Below are positions 12,644 to 24,687 of a stretch of 64,000 nt of DNA, piece after piece. Under the pieces are notes generated by a model. That model searched no databases, was not told the DNA's origin, and saw nothing but the letters and a program-made list of their open reading frames with translations. The position numbers and the translations under genes are program-made. The first letter of the stretch is position 1; every line of letters starts with the position of its first letter. The stretch covers positions 253,706,001 to 253,770,000 of the forward strand of contig NC_086097.1 of the NCBI RefSeq assembly GCF_963921235.1, read 5' to 3'. Source of the DNA: Mobula hypostoma (taxonomy: Eukaryota).

Positions 12644-12962
12644 CTAAAACTCCCCCATGGATGGTCCCTGGCCTGGCTGTGAACAGGGGAGGGTCGGGCA
12701 TGGGTCTAGCAACCCCACCCCGTAAATACACAGAGCTACAGAAACACCACCAGAAGCTCCAAAGCAGGCTGAGTCTTCATATCTTCTCATCGTCATAACC
12801 ACACAAGGGAGGTTCCCCAGCCCGGCTGTGAAAGGTGGATTGTTGGGCAAGGGTCTAGCAACCCCATTCTGTGAAAACTCAGAGCGAGAGAAACACCAGC
12901 AGAAGCTCCAAAGAGCTCACCCCTGGGAGTGGATGGATCTTCACCAAGAAGACAGATAAAGT
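12644..12962 (+). mobile_element. Two tandem RTE-5'UTR-like units with twister-like remnants
   Basis: AACTCCCCCATGGATGGTCCCTGGCCTGG...GGGGAGGGTCGG and GGTTCCCCAGCCCGGCTGTGAAAGG, each followed by GGGTCTAGCAACCCCA. Confidence 0.55.
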
Positions 12963-13394
12963 CATGTGGTAAAAGTGAAAGCCACAGGGTTGATCAATGG
13001 TTGATCAATAGTTGGATTGATCACAGGGTTGATCAATGTTCTATTTGCCCAAGGCAGACAACTCTGCCGAGGGGCTGTCGGCAGCCTACGTCCCAGTAGG
13101 AGAGATGGACTGAAGAAGAAGAATTGATTTGTAACTGGAGGCATCTCTGCCCAAGTAAAGCTTCGAGGCCCTTCAGCTGATGTCTGGATGAGGCATCTCA
13201 CTCACCTCAACTCTGAACTGATTCTGCCGTCTACAGACTCACTTCCAAGGAGTCGACAACTCGTTTTCAGGTTTATTTATTATTTATTCTTTACTTGCAC
13301 AATTGATCTCTTTTTGCATTTTGGTTGTTTGGCAGTCTTTATTTATGTATAGATTTTCATAAAATCTATTGTACTTCTTTATTTTCCTGTAACT

Positions 13395-14750
13395 GGAGTC
13401 ATAACCCATAGAAATGTACAGCACAGAAACAGGTCCTTTGGCCCATCTAGTCCCTGCCAAGTCATTTAACCTGCGTAGTCCCATTGACCTGCACCGGGAC
13501 CATGGCCATCCATACCCCTACCATCCATGTACCCATCCACACTTCTCTTAAACATTGAAACTGAGCTCACATGCACCACTTATGCTGGCAGCTCATTCCA
13601 CACTTCCATGACACTCTGAGTGAAGAAACTTCTCCTCATTTTTGTACTAAACCTTTTACCTTTCACCCTTAACCCATGACCTCTGGTTGTAGTCCCACCC
13701 ACACATTGGGACTGATTAAGGATAATCAGCACGGCCTTGTGGTTCAGAGGAAAAAGCCTGCTTGCATTTACCCTATCTATACTCCTCATAATTTTGCATA
13801 CCTCCATCAAATCTCTTCTCAATCTTCTACGTTACAAGAAACCTGTTCAATCTTTCCATATAACTCAGGTGCTCCAGACCCAGCGACATTCTTGTAAATT
13901 GTCTCTGTACTCTTTCAACCTTACTTACATCTTTCCTGTAGCTAGGTGACCAAAACTGCACACTATACTCCAAATTAGGCCTCACCAACGTCTCATACAG
14001 CTTCAACATTACATCCCATCTCCTCTACTTAATACTTTGATTTATGAAGGCCAATGTGACAGAGGTTTTATTTACACCCCTATCTACCTGTAACACCCTG
14101 CAGTTCACTGTGTCAGACCTACTCTGGTTGGTCCCACTGAAATGCACCACCTTGCTCTTGTCTGCGTTACATTCCATCTACCATTCTTCAGACCATTTCT
14201 CCAGCTGATTCAGATCCCACTGAAAGCCATGATAGCCTTCCTCACTGTCTGGTAAATCTCCTCTGTACCCTTTCCAATGCTTCCACATCCTTCCTATAGT
14301 GAGGCGACCAGAACTGGACACAGTACTCCAAGTGTGGCCTAACCAGAGTTTTATAGAGCTGCATCATTACATCGCGACTCTTAAACTCTATCCCTCGACT
14401 TATGAAAGCTACACCCCATAAGCTAGTCACAGGACTTCAGTCAGACACACAACCATTTACTACCACTCTCTGGCTTCTCCCACAAAGCCAAAGTCCAATC
14501 CAATTTACTACCTCATGTTGAATGTCGAGCGACCGAACCTTCTTGACCAGCCTCCCATGTGGGTCACTGTCAAATGCCTTGTAAAAGTCCATGTGGACAA
14601 CATCCACTGTCTTGCCTTCATCCACTTTCCTGATAGCTTCCTTGAGAAACTCTTTAAGGTTGGTTAGGCAAGACCAACCATGCACAAATCCATGCTGGCT
14701 ATCCCTAATCAGTGCATGTCTAAACAGATACTTACATATCCTGTCTCTCA
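13395..14750 (-). mobile_element. Minus-strand CR1 ORF2 RT/C-terminal fragments with nested pieces
   Basis: ORFs 13580-13822, 13827-14009, 14242-14430 and 14437-14751 (SQHGF..G.SCLTNL, MDFYKAFD). Confidence 0.88.
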
Positions 14751-14974
14751 AATGCTTGCAAGAGAATGAACCTCAGGGTTGTATTTGGTGACATACTGTA
14801 TATGTACTTCAATAATAAATTTGATTAATTGAGACACTTCATTATATACCCTTGGAGTTCTAAGTGCTTTTTGCCAGGAATGTGTTGATCAACCTAGTAG
14901 AATTTCTCCCAACCCTAGTTCCCTGGCCATATTAATAAAGGCACTCATCTAAACATAGAGAGCTTCTTACTTCA

Positions 14975-15152
14975 TCCGCCCCCCATCCACCATTCCCCTA
15001 CCCTCCTGGTATCACCTATCACCTTACTTCATTCCACCCCCCCACCTTCAGTTTTGGCATCTTCCCCCTTCCTTTCCAGTCCTGATGAAGAATCTTGGCC
15101 CAAAATGTCAACTATCTGTTCCTCTCTGTAGATCATGCCTGACCTGCTGAGT
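14975..15152 (+). mobile_element. Old PLE-derived 3' end with decayed hammerhead
   Basis: C/T-rich tract followed by CAGTCCTGATGAAGAATCTTGGCCCAAAATGTCAACT...GCCTGACCTGCTGAGTT. Confidence 0.7.
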
Positions 15153-15462
15153 TGAGGATGTGACTAAACACATTGATGAAGGTAGAGCAGTAGATGTTGT
15201 GTATATGGATTTCAGCAAGGCATTTGATAAGGTACCCCATGCAAGGCTTATTGAGAAAGTAAGGAGGCATGGGATCCAAGGGGACATTGCTTTGTGGATC
15301 CAGAATTGACTTGCCCACAGAAGGCAAAGAGTGGTTGTTGGCAGGTCATATTCTGCACGGAGGTCGGTGACCAGTGGTGTGCCTCAGGGATCTGTTCTGG
15401 GACCCCTACTCTTTGTGATTTTTATAAATGACCTGGATGAGGAAGTGGAGGGATGGGTTAGT
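15153..15462 (+). mobile_element. CR1 RT internal fragment
   Basis: Near-identical to the CR1 RT region 28138-28186 joined to 32074-32345; shows the uninterrupted (pre-PLE) state of the insertion site. Confidence 0.88.
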
Positions 15463-15496
15463 GAACGGGGCTGCAGAGGAAGATAGGGTACAATTC

Positions 15497-15620
15497 CACT
15501 CAGCGACCACTTTATTAGGTACACCTATACACTTGCTCATTAATTCAAATCTCTAATCAGCCAATCATGTGGCAGCAACTCAAAGCATAAAAGAATGCAG
15601 ACATGGTCAAGAGGTTCCGT
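15497..15620 (+). mobile_element. Tc1/mariner terminal fragment
   Basis: CACTCAGCGACCACTTTATTAGGTACACC TIR-like end; matches the reverse of 20800-20925. Confidence 0.7.
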
Positions 15621-15656
15621 TCAATGCAACACACACAAAATGCTGGAGGAACTCAC

Positions 15657-15822
15657 AAGTATTATGAAACAGTCTATGGCGCTATGTTGGAGCTGACTGA
15701 TAAGCCGGTCGTCGACCATCGACCATCGACCTCCTCTGATCATCGCTGCCCTTTGCACTCTTGCTCCAAGTCCACCCCGTCCAGCAGTCTACCAACTCTC
15801 TCCATTCGCGTCTTCTCTCCTC
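15657..15822 (-). mobile_element. Inverted internal fragment of the solo-LTR family at 16417-16946
   Basis: Reverse complement of about 16563-16720; shared peptide shadow EERRREWRELVDCWTGWTWS. Confidence 0.8.
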
Positions 15823-15859
15823 AGCTCGACGAAAGATCTCGGCCTGAAATGTCCAGGAG

Positions 15860-16392
15860 ACCAATAGACCATAAAACATAGGAGCAGAATTAGGCCATTT
15901 TGCCCATCACGTCTGCTCCACCATTCAATTATGGCTGGTCCTTTTCTCCCTCCTCGGCCTCACTCCCCGGCCTTTTCCCCTTAACCTTTGATGCCGTGTC
16001 CAATCAAGAACCTGTCAAGCTCTGCCTTAAAAACACCAAACGTCCTGGTCTCCACAGCTGCCCGTGGTAACAATTTCCACAAATTTACCACCCCCTGGCT
16101 ACAGAAAATTCTCTGCATCTCTGTTTTAAATGGACGCTCCTCTATCCTGAGGCTGTGTCCTCTTGTCTGAGATCTCTGACCATGGGAAACACCCTTTCCA
16201 CATCTACTCTGTCAAGGTTTTTCAAAATTCGAAAGGTTTTGATGAGATTCCCCCTCATCCTTCTAAATTCATGTGAGTACAGACCGAGCGCCATCAAACA
16301 TTCTTTGCATGATAACCCTTTCACTCCCAAAATCATCCTTATGAACCTCCTCTGAACCCTCTCCAATGCCAGCACATCTTTTGTTAGATATG
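15860..16392 (-). mobile_element. CR1 3' fragment
   Basis: ORF 16142-16375 LALERVQRRF...; reverse CR1 tail at 15865-15900. Confidence 0.85.
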
Positions 16393-16416
16393 GGTCTTAG
16401 CCTGAGACGTTGACAG

Positions 16417-16946
16417 TGTAACATGTTGTAAGGTTTCATTGATAGTGTAATGGTTTCTCTGTAGCAGCAATGTTTGGGTTATGACTAGAGATAACGGGGT
16501 TTGGAATGCTGTTGTTCTTTCTTGTGAGTCTGGAATAGAGATTTTCACGGTCTTTCGGTGGGGTGAGGAGAGAAGACGCGAATGGAGAGAGTTGGTAGAC
16601 TGCTGGACGGGGTGGACTTGGAGCGAGGGTCCGAAGGGCGGCGACGATTGGAGGAGTTTGATGGTGGATGACCGGCTTATCAGTCAGCTCCAACTTTGCG
16701 CAATAGACTGTTTCATAAGAATGGACCCTTTTTCTTTTTTCTTTTCTTTACTAACCATATAGTTAAAGTAAGAATTATAAAGCTTAATCGTTTAATCACA
16801 TATTGTGCACTGTTTGTTATTTCGGTGTGCTGATTTGTAACAGGGGACACATCGCACAGTATCCACCCGAACGAGATTTCTTAAGTTTGACCGGGCCGAG
16901 GGCTATCACCCCCTATATTAAGCTGCAAGCTGAAGCGAGAGTTACA
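16417..16946 (+). mobile_element. Solo LTR (Gypsy-like) with 4-bp TSD
   Basis: Inverted termini TGTAAC...GTTACA; ACAG duplicated at 16413-16416 and 16947-16950; inserted into a hammerhead-bearing repeat. Strand is a guess. Confidence 0.75.
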
Positions 16947-17049
16947 ACAGTTTACTCTTTTCCATGAATGCTGCCTGACCTGCTGAGTTGAGCATCCAGA
17001 AATTTGAGCTTTTTGCTTTGAATTTCCAGCATCTGCAGATTTTCTCATG

Positions 17050-17447
17050 CTCAAAGCCAAAGATCAGAAAAATGTGATCTACTGTAAGTGACCTTGACTG
17101 TGGAATGATGGGATGTTTTGAGTATCTGAGAAACTGCTGATCTCCTGGGATTTTCACACACGACAGTCTCTGGAGGTTACAGAGAATAGTGTGAAACACT
17201 AAAAAACATCCAGTGAGTAGAAGTTCAATGGGTGAAAATGCCTTGTTAATGAGAGAGGTCAGAGGAGAATGGCCAGACTGGTTAAAGCTGATGGGAAGGT
17301 GACAGTAACTCAAATAACCACACATTACAACAGTGGTGTGAACAAGAACATCTCTGAATGCACAACATGCCAAACCTTGGAGTGGATAATCTACAGCAGC
17401 AGAAGACCATAAAGATACACAGGAGGGTACCTAATGCAGTGGCCATG
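17050..17447 (+). mobile_element. Internally deleted Tc1-like transposon
   Basis: Encodes the degenerate HTH SISETADLLGFSHTTVS; ends in GTACCTAATGCAGTGGCCA, which is TIR-like. Confidence 0.7.
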
Positions 17448-17576
17448 TTGTGAGACCTTGCGATATTGTGATATTTTGTTCTGATCTGAGGTGAAGGAGC
17501 TCCTTGTGTCTCATCTCAGTTGGACCCAGTTTGTAATCACACACAGGATGTAATGAGTTTCGTGCCATCTGTTTGC

Positions 17577-17950
17577 AGGTAGCCTCCAACCTGGTGGCAT
17601 GGCCATCTATTTCTCCTTCTGGTAAGTTTGTTTCCTTTCTTTTCCTCTCCCCCTTCCCTATTCTTCTATTCCCCACTTCGGCCTCTTAACTCTTCTCACC
17701 TGCCGACCACACCGCCCCCGGGTCCCCCCTTCCTTCCCTCTCTCCTCTCCTAAGATTCTTTCCTCTCCAGCCCGTTACCTTTCCACCTGGCTTCACCCAT
17801 CCTTCTTCCTTCCCCGACCCTCTGGCAGCTTCCCTCTTCTTTTCCAGTTCTGATGAAAGGTCTCAGCTCAAGATGTCGACTGTTTATTCCTCTCCATAGC
17901 TGCTGCCCGACGGGCTGTGCTCCTCCAGCATTTTCAGTGTTTTGCCGGAT
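17577..17950 (+). mobile_element. Old PLE 3' end (last codons of the GIY-YIG ORF + pseudo-LTR with decayed hammerhead)
   Basis: GGTAGCCTCCAACCTGGTGGCATG encodes GSLQPGGM (cf. GSLQPDGMNIDFS); CAGTTCTGATGAAAGGTCTCAGCTCAAGATGTCGACTG at about 17845-17882. Confidence 0.75.
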
Positions 17951-18297
17951 TTAATGACCTGCATCAAATACATTCAGATGTCAAATTCATTCATAGATTA
18001 ATTTAGGTTATAGTTCAAAGCTGGAATTTTGTATTCGGAATCAGATAACTACTTGAGATGTTTCAGAGCGTACATACACTGACTAGTTAGTGTTAAACTT
18101 GCTAATGTTTATACTGGAACCTATTTCACAGTCTTTTTTGCATGATTAACCCATGATATAGTGCCATGGTCGATTGGTTCATTAAACCAGTTCTGTATCA
18201 GAGCACTAAGTCACCACTCTCTGAATTACACAGTGAAGCCGTGTTTCTCCAGATTTATTTTTATCTGGCAAATAGTAACAAATGCGACAGATTGTCA

Positions 18298-19470
18298 CAT
18301 TGGCCTTCATAAATGAATGTATTGAGTACAGAGATGGAACGTTGTGTTGACGTTGTATAAGATGTTGGTGAGGCTAAATCCGGAGTATTTTGTGCAGTTT
18401 TGGTCACCATCCTGAAGAAGAGATGTAAATAAGATTGAAAGAGTACAGAGAAAATGTACAAGGATCTGAGCCAGGACCGGAGGACCTGAGTTCACAAGAT
18501 CACAAGACAAAGGAGCAGAAGTAGGCCATTCGGCCCATCGAGTCTGCTCCGCAGCTCCCCCATTAGCTAAACTATTCACCCATCTAGTTCCAATTTCCGG
18601 CTTTTTCCCCATATCCCTTGATACCCTGACTAATTAGATACCTGTCAATCTCCTCCTTAAGCACCCTCAGAGTTATAGGGAAAGTTTGAATAGGTTAGGA
18701 CTTTATTCCCTGGAGTGTAGGAGAACGAGGGGAGATTTGATAGAGATAGACAAAATTATAAGGGGTATCATCATCTTCACTGTGTGCCATGTAGTATGAA
18801 GTGGGTAATCATGGTCTTGACTGTGATTGTTCTTGGCAAATTTTTCTACAGAAGTGGTTTGCCATTGCCTTCTTCTGGGCAGTGTCTTTACAAGATGGGT
18901 GACCCCAGTCATTATCAACACTCTTCAGAGATTGTCTGCCTGGCATCAGTGGTCGCATCACCCGGACTTGTGACTTGCACCAGCTGTTCATATGATCATT
19001 CACCACCTGATCTGTAATTGGGGGGTGAGGGGGGTTGCTGGTGGTTTAAACAGATGTTACACATTGCCCGAGGGTGACCTGCAGACTAGTGGAGAGAAGG
19101 AGCACTTTACACCTCCTTTGATCGAGACGTATCTCCACCCCACCACCCTATGGAGGAGTATAGTAAATGCAAGCAGACTTTTCTCACTGAAATTGGATGA
19201 GTCTAGAACTAGGGGTCATGTGTTGAGGATGAAAGGTGAAATGTTTAAGGGGAACATGAAGGAGAATCTTTCTTCACTCTGGTACAAGTGTGGAAAGAGA
19301 TGCCAGCCTAAGTGGTGGGTTCATGTTTGATTTCAACAGTTAAGGGACATTTGGATGGGTACATGGATGGGTATGGTCCTGATGGGATAAGGAAGATTAA
19401 TTGCTTGGTCTGGACTAGATGGGCCAGAGGCCCTGCTTCTGTGCGGTGGTGCTCTATGACTCTATGACGC
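18298..19470 (+). mobile_element. Degraded CR1 3' fragment with nested insertions
   Basis: Host CR1 is split by a minus-strand CR1 tail (about 18493-18670) and an RTE-related SINE (about 18767-19150; AGAAGTGGTTTGCCATTGCCTTC). Confidence 0.7.
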
Positions 19471-20389
19471 TAGGTGTTTGCTGAAATTTGCTAAGAGTTA
19501 CCTTCAGAGTTGTTTGTCTGATTTGACCTTTACTTGCAACACAGGAGTGGTTATCACACTGAACCTGAGGAAGGTACAGGACTTCGATTGGTTTGCTGTT
19601 TGTAGATTTGCTTGGATAGAATTTTGGGTTCTATCAGAATTTGGTCACTACTCCTTCCCAATGCAAACATTTACAATGGGCCCCTTCTCAAGGGCAACCA
19701 GGGGTGGGCTATAAATGCTAACGCCCACATCCCGTAAATGAATCAATAAAAAAAAATTCAGCCATCAGTCCACGGACTGGTTCACTAACACCGAATTCGA
19801 AATATAAAATACTCAACATTTTACATTCAAACTTTGAAGTGTTCCTAACATCGCACAGATTCACATATGATTATTCAGAGGACCATGAGGATGCAGAATG
19901 AGCTGTGAATGCAAATGGTGCATGTGAGCTCAATTTCAACGTTTAAGAGAAGTTTGGATAGGTACACAGATGGTAGGGGTGTGGAGGTCTATGGTCCCGG
20001 TGTAGGTTGATGGGAGTTGGCAGTTTAAATGGATTCAGCACGGAGTAGATGGGCCGAAGGACCTATTTCTGTGCAGTACTGTTATATGACGCTACTGAAG
20101 TAGATGGACTATCTGATGGGTTTTGAAACTCATAATTATATTTACATTGTAAAAATGTGTGACAGAAGAAAAGTTTGGTCCTTTTTTCATGATAGTGCCA
20201 GACTCTTTTTCTTTCTAGTTCAGCTTCAGTATCTGTCCTGTCACAGTCTAAATAGAATGTGTCCACATCAGCATCTCCAGTCTACTACCAACACGTGTTA
20301 TTTTAATGTGAGTACAAACAAACACATTAGAAATGATGCAACTGATTTACCTAAGAACGAAGGACACAGGACATAGAAAGTAGAACATA

Positions 20390-21010
20390 CACTGCGCTAC
20401 CTCCCTGTACTTAACAAAGTAGTTACTGAGTGTAGCCCATCCACTTCAGTGTTCGACATGTTGTGCGTTTAGAGATGCTCTTCTGCACACCACTGTTGTA
20501 ATGTGTGGTTATTTGAGTTACTGTTGCCTATCTGTTAGCTTGAACCAGTCTGGCCATTCTCCTCTGACTTCTCTCATTAACAAGGCATTTTTGGCCACAA
20601 AACTGCTGCTCACTAAATTTTTTTTTCTCTATTGTGCCATTCTCTTTCAACTCTAGAGACTGTTGTGTGTGAAAATCCCAGGAGATCAGCATTTTCTGAG
20701 ATATACATAACCACTGCGTCTGGCACCATCAACCATTCCACAGTCAAAGTCACTGAGATCATGTTTCTTCCCCATTCTGATGTTTGAGCTGTACAACAAC
20801 TGAACCTCTTGACCATGTCTGCACGCTTTCATGCATCGAGTTGCTGCCACGTGATTGGCTGGTTGGATATTTGCGTTAATGAGTGGGTGTACAGGCGTAC
20901 CTAATGAAGTGCCCACTCAGTGTAGACGTTGCTGCCACGTGATTGGCTGGTTGGATATTTGAGTTAATGAGCGGGTGTACAGGCGTACCTAATGAACTGC
21001 CACTCAGTGC
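20390..21010 (-). mobile_element. Internally deleted Tc1-like transposon with a duplicated terminal segment
   Basis: Frameshifted MGKKHDLSDFDCGMVDGARRSG / ISENADLLGFSHTTVSRVEREW (Tc1 paired-type HTH); the about 88-bp TIR end is duplicated at 20840-21010. Confidence 0.8.
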
Positions 21011-21014
21011 AGAA

Positions 21015-21690
21015 GATAGAACACTACAACATAGTCCAGGCTTCCTGGCCCACAACATGGTACCAACTTTTTAACCGACTCTAAAATCAATCTAACCCTC
21101 CCCTCTCACATAACCCTCCATTTTTCTATTATCCACATGCCTATCTAAGAGTTCCTTAAATGTCCCTGATGTATCTGCCTCTACCACCACCCCTGGCAGC
21201 ACGTTCCACGCACCCACCAGTCTGTGCGTAAAAAACAAAACTCTGACGTATTTCCTGATATTTTCCTCCAATCATCTTAAAATTATGTCCCCTTGTATTA
21301 GCCATCTCCACCCTGGGACAGAAAAGCCTCTGGCTGTCCATTCAATTGATGCCTCTTAACATCTTGTACAACTCTATCATACCACCCCTCATCCTCCTTC
21401 ACTCCAAAGACAGAAGCCCAAGCTCACTCAACCTATCCTCATTGGACACACTCTCTAATCCAGGCAGCATCCTGGTAAACCTGCTCTGCACCCTCTCTAA
21501 AGCTTCCACATCCTTCCTATAATGAGGTGACCAGAACTGAGCACAATACTCCAAGTATAGTCTACCCAGAGTTTTTTAGATCTGCAACATTACCTTGGTA
21601 GTCTTGAACTCAATCCCCTGGCTAACGAAGGCCAACACACCATAGACCTTCAACTCTATCAACTTGCGTGGCATCTTTGAGGGATCTACG
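21015..21690 (-). mobile_element. CR1 3' fragment
   Basis: ORFs 21156-21341 and 21576-21830 (YGVLAFVSQGIEFK). Confidence 0.85.
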
Positions 21691-21905
21691 TGTTGTGATT
21701 GCAATTGAAGCCCCCAGAGAGACACTGAAGCTGATGAGGCTGATGTAACGGAAAAAGTTTCAGTTCTGGGCTGAGGGTCAGGAAAGTGTCCTCTTCTTCG
21801 ATTGCTCATTATTGGTGACTGGCAGACCAACTAAAAAAGTGCATTACCATCCCCTACTGAACTGGAGTATGAGGAGGATTCAGGAGACTGATCCTCACAC
21901 CTACC

Positions 21906-22134
21906 TGTGGTAAACCATGTATATATGTTGTAACTGGGTTACCTGTCTGGACACACCCCTCTGCTGACTGCCCCTGTGGCTCCTCCCACAGAGTCCTGTA
22001 TAAAGGTGTTCGCCTTGCCCCTCCCCCTCAGTCCGGGGGCAGACACTCACTGTGGAGGTCGTATTGTACAGCGAATAAAAGCCTTTCAGTATGTTACCAA
22101 ACCTCAGTCTTTTGGAGTAATTGTAGGTGCTTCA
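21906..22134 (+). mobile_element. Short solo LTR (229 bp) with 5-bp TSD
   Basis: TG...CA ends; CTACC at 21901-21905 and 22135-22139; internal TATAAA followed by AATAAA. Confidence 0.8.
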
Positions 22135-22764
22135 CTACCACCACTCCCCAAAAATAGTATGGATAATAATAATAATAATAATAAATATACAAACACCCAA
22201 CACTATTGACTTAAATTGTATTAAACAATGTAACAAGTTTCAAGAATTTAAATACTTGCCTATGCTTCTCTCGCACTTCTCGGCCATACCCCATCAAACT
22301 ATCCAGAGTAAGAATACAGCCTGCCAGGGTCTGCTTTCTCTCCCACTCCTATGCCCTACATTCCAATACCACATGTGAGACTGTGGCTGGAAGCTGACAC
22401 TATCTACATCCAGCTGAAGTATGTCAGGAAAGAGTGGGAGTGCGAGGGAGGTGCAATGTGAGTTAGGTCATGTGAGAATGATCGAGGCTGATGGAGGAGG
22501 GAGGCAACATTCAGACAGATTGCTGGTTGGATGGGAGGATGCAGCAGGCAGAGGAAGGGGCTGGTTGACTGGTATAGCAGAAAGAAAAGAGACAATGAGC
22601 CAGCGATTAACTGGCACTCCCAAACCCACTCTGTCTGAATTCATTCCAACTGAGAAAGCTCACTGGAGGGGTCAGGGCGAGGCACCCTGTGGGGCAACAC
22701 TGAGGTCAGGCAATGTTTACCTCATCCTGACTGTTCTGGAGTCACTGGAGAATTACGTTAATTT

Positions 22765-22985
22765 AGAGATACAGTGCGGTAACAGGCCCATCTGGCTCAA
22801 CAACCCTGTGCTGCAAAATTACATCCACGTGACCGATTAGATACAAACTGGTGCATCTCTGGAATGTGGGAGGAAACTGCAGCACCCGGAAGAAACCCAC
22901 ACAGTCACGGGGAGAATGTACAAACTCCTTACACTCAACGGCAGGAATTCAACCCCAATCCTGGCACTGTAAAGTGATCTAATAA
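22765..22985 (-). mobile_element. V-SINE-like element
   Basis: Reverse of the V-domain: GTGGGAGGAAACTGCAGCACCCGGAAGAAACCCACACAGTCACGGGGAGAA. Confidence 0.7.
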
Positions 22986-22992
22986 GCATTAC

Positions 22993-23146
22993 GTTACCAT
23001 GGAAACACAGGCCCACGCTGAATGGGATAGGCTGAGGACATGTGTGTTACCCATGGAAACACAGGCCCACGCTGAATGGGATGGGCTGAGGACATGTGTG
23101 TTACCCATGGAAACACAGGCCGACGCTGAATGGGATGGGCTGAGGC
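22993..23146. repeat. Minisatellite, 54-bp unit x about 3
   Basis: GTTAC(C)CATGGAAACACAGGCC.ACGCTGAATGGGAT.GGCTGAGG repeated three times. Confidence 0.9.
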
Positions 23147-23649
23147 CAGAATTGTATAGCTTTACAATATCCAAATCAAGAATAAATGTGAATGATCTCA
23201 ACCAGGAAAAATATTAGATGTCTAAGAGTTTCACTGTCAGCTTGTCAGTCGGATATTGAGTTTAATTGGCCTGACAATAAACATCTGTGGTTACTTTACA
23301 CATAGTTTGCATCATTGCGTTTCTAGCACACATTACCCTGTGGACGATATATCTATTTTTGGCTCTCTTCTCTCCAGAAGTAAATCCAACTGTTCAATAA
23401 TGAGGAATTATACAATAATGTTATGCCAGCATACTCTGGGTGTAACTTTGGCAGAGGTTCCGGAGAGTGAAGTAAGCCCTGCTCTCCTCTGTACATTCTG
23501 CTGAGTTAATGGCAAATCCTAACAGCTTCATTTTGGCTTTCAGCTTCTTGTTATTTTAGTGGGAAGTTGGATCTGTGGAAAGAGAGTTTGACTTTTGGTT
23601 AAACTTTCGTCCACAACCCTGTACTAGTGTGGGTATTACGGTGGAGATT

Positions 23650-24350
23650 AGGGGTGGTGCAGTAATGTAATGGTTAACATGATGCTATTGCAGTTCCAGA
23701 GTTCAGAGGTTAATTCCCGCTGCTCTCTGCAAGGAGTTGTACATCCTCGCTGTGATGCATGGGTTTCCTCCGGGAGCTCCGATTTCCTCCCACAGTCCAA
23801 AAATGTATCAGTTAGTTGGTTAATTCCTTATTGTAATAGTCCTGTGATTAGTTGAGTGAACTCGGCCTTTTCTTCTTGGAACGACTGAGGATGAGAGGTG
23901 ACCTGATAGAGGTGTATAAGATGATGAGAGGCATTGATTGTGTGGATAGTCAGAGGCTTTTTCCCAGGGCTGAAATGGCTAGCACAAGAGGACATAGGTT
24001 TAAGGTGCTTGGAAGTAGGTACAAGAGGAGATGTCAGGGGTAAGTTTTTTTACGCAGAGAGTGGTGAGTGCATGGAATGGGCTGCCAGCGACGGTGGTGG
24101 AGGCGGATACGATAGGGTCTTTTAAGAGACTCCTGGATAGGTACATGGAGCTTAGAAAATAGAGGGCTATGGGTAACCCTAGGTAATTTCTAAAGTAAGT
24201 ACATGTTCGGCACAGCTTCGAGGGCCGAAAGGCCTGTATTGTGCTGTAGGTTTTCTGTTTTCTAGTCTAGGGTTAAATTGGCAGGTTGCTGGCAGCGTGG
24301 TTCATTGGGCAGGAAGGGCCTGCCTGCGCCTGCCGTTTCTCTAAATAAAT
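23650..24350 (+). mobile_element. V-SINE interrupted by a CR1 3' fragment (23851-24265)
   Basis: SINE body breaks at GTCCTGTGATTAG and resumes at TCTAGGGTTAAATTGG; the insert matches 3750-4160. Confidence 0.8.
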
Positions 24351-24687
24351 GCAATTACCATCATTGCTCTAATCGTCAATTTAAGCCTGCCTTCAATAAA
24401 ATAAAATCTCTTCCAGTTGCTTCAGATGTTAATTGCACCATGCAGTGACAGGGTACCCTGTCTTTCCAAAATCAGGGTGAGGAATTCAAGGCACAAGAGA
24501 CTGCAGGTGCTGGAATCAAGAGTAACAATCTACTGGTTCCTCACCAGGCTCAGGAAGAGTTATTACTCTTCAACTATCAGGCTCATGAGCACGTATGGAT
24601 AGTTTTGACTGAGGCACGACTGCGCAGGCGTGTGGACATCAGCGGGTTAGACCAGCGGGAAGAGTTTTAAAAAGTTGACAGCTTTAT

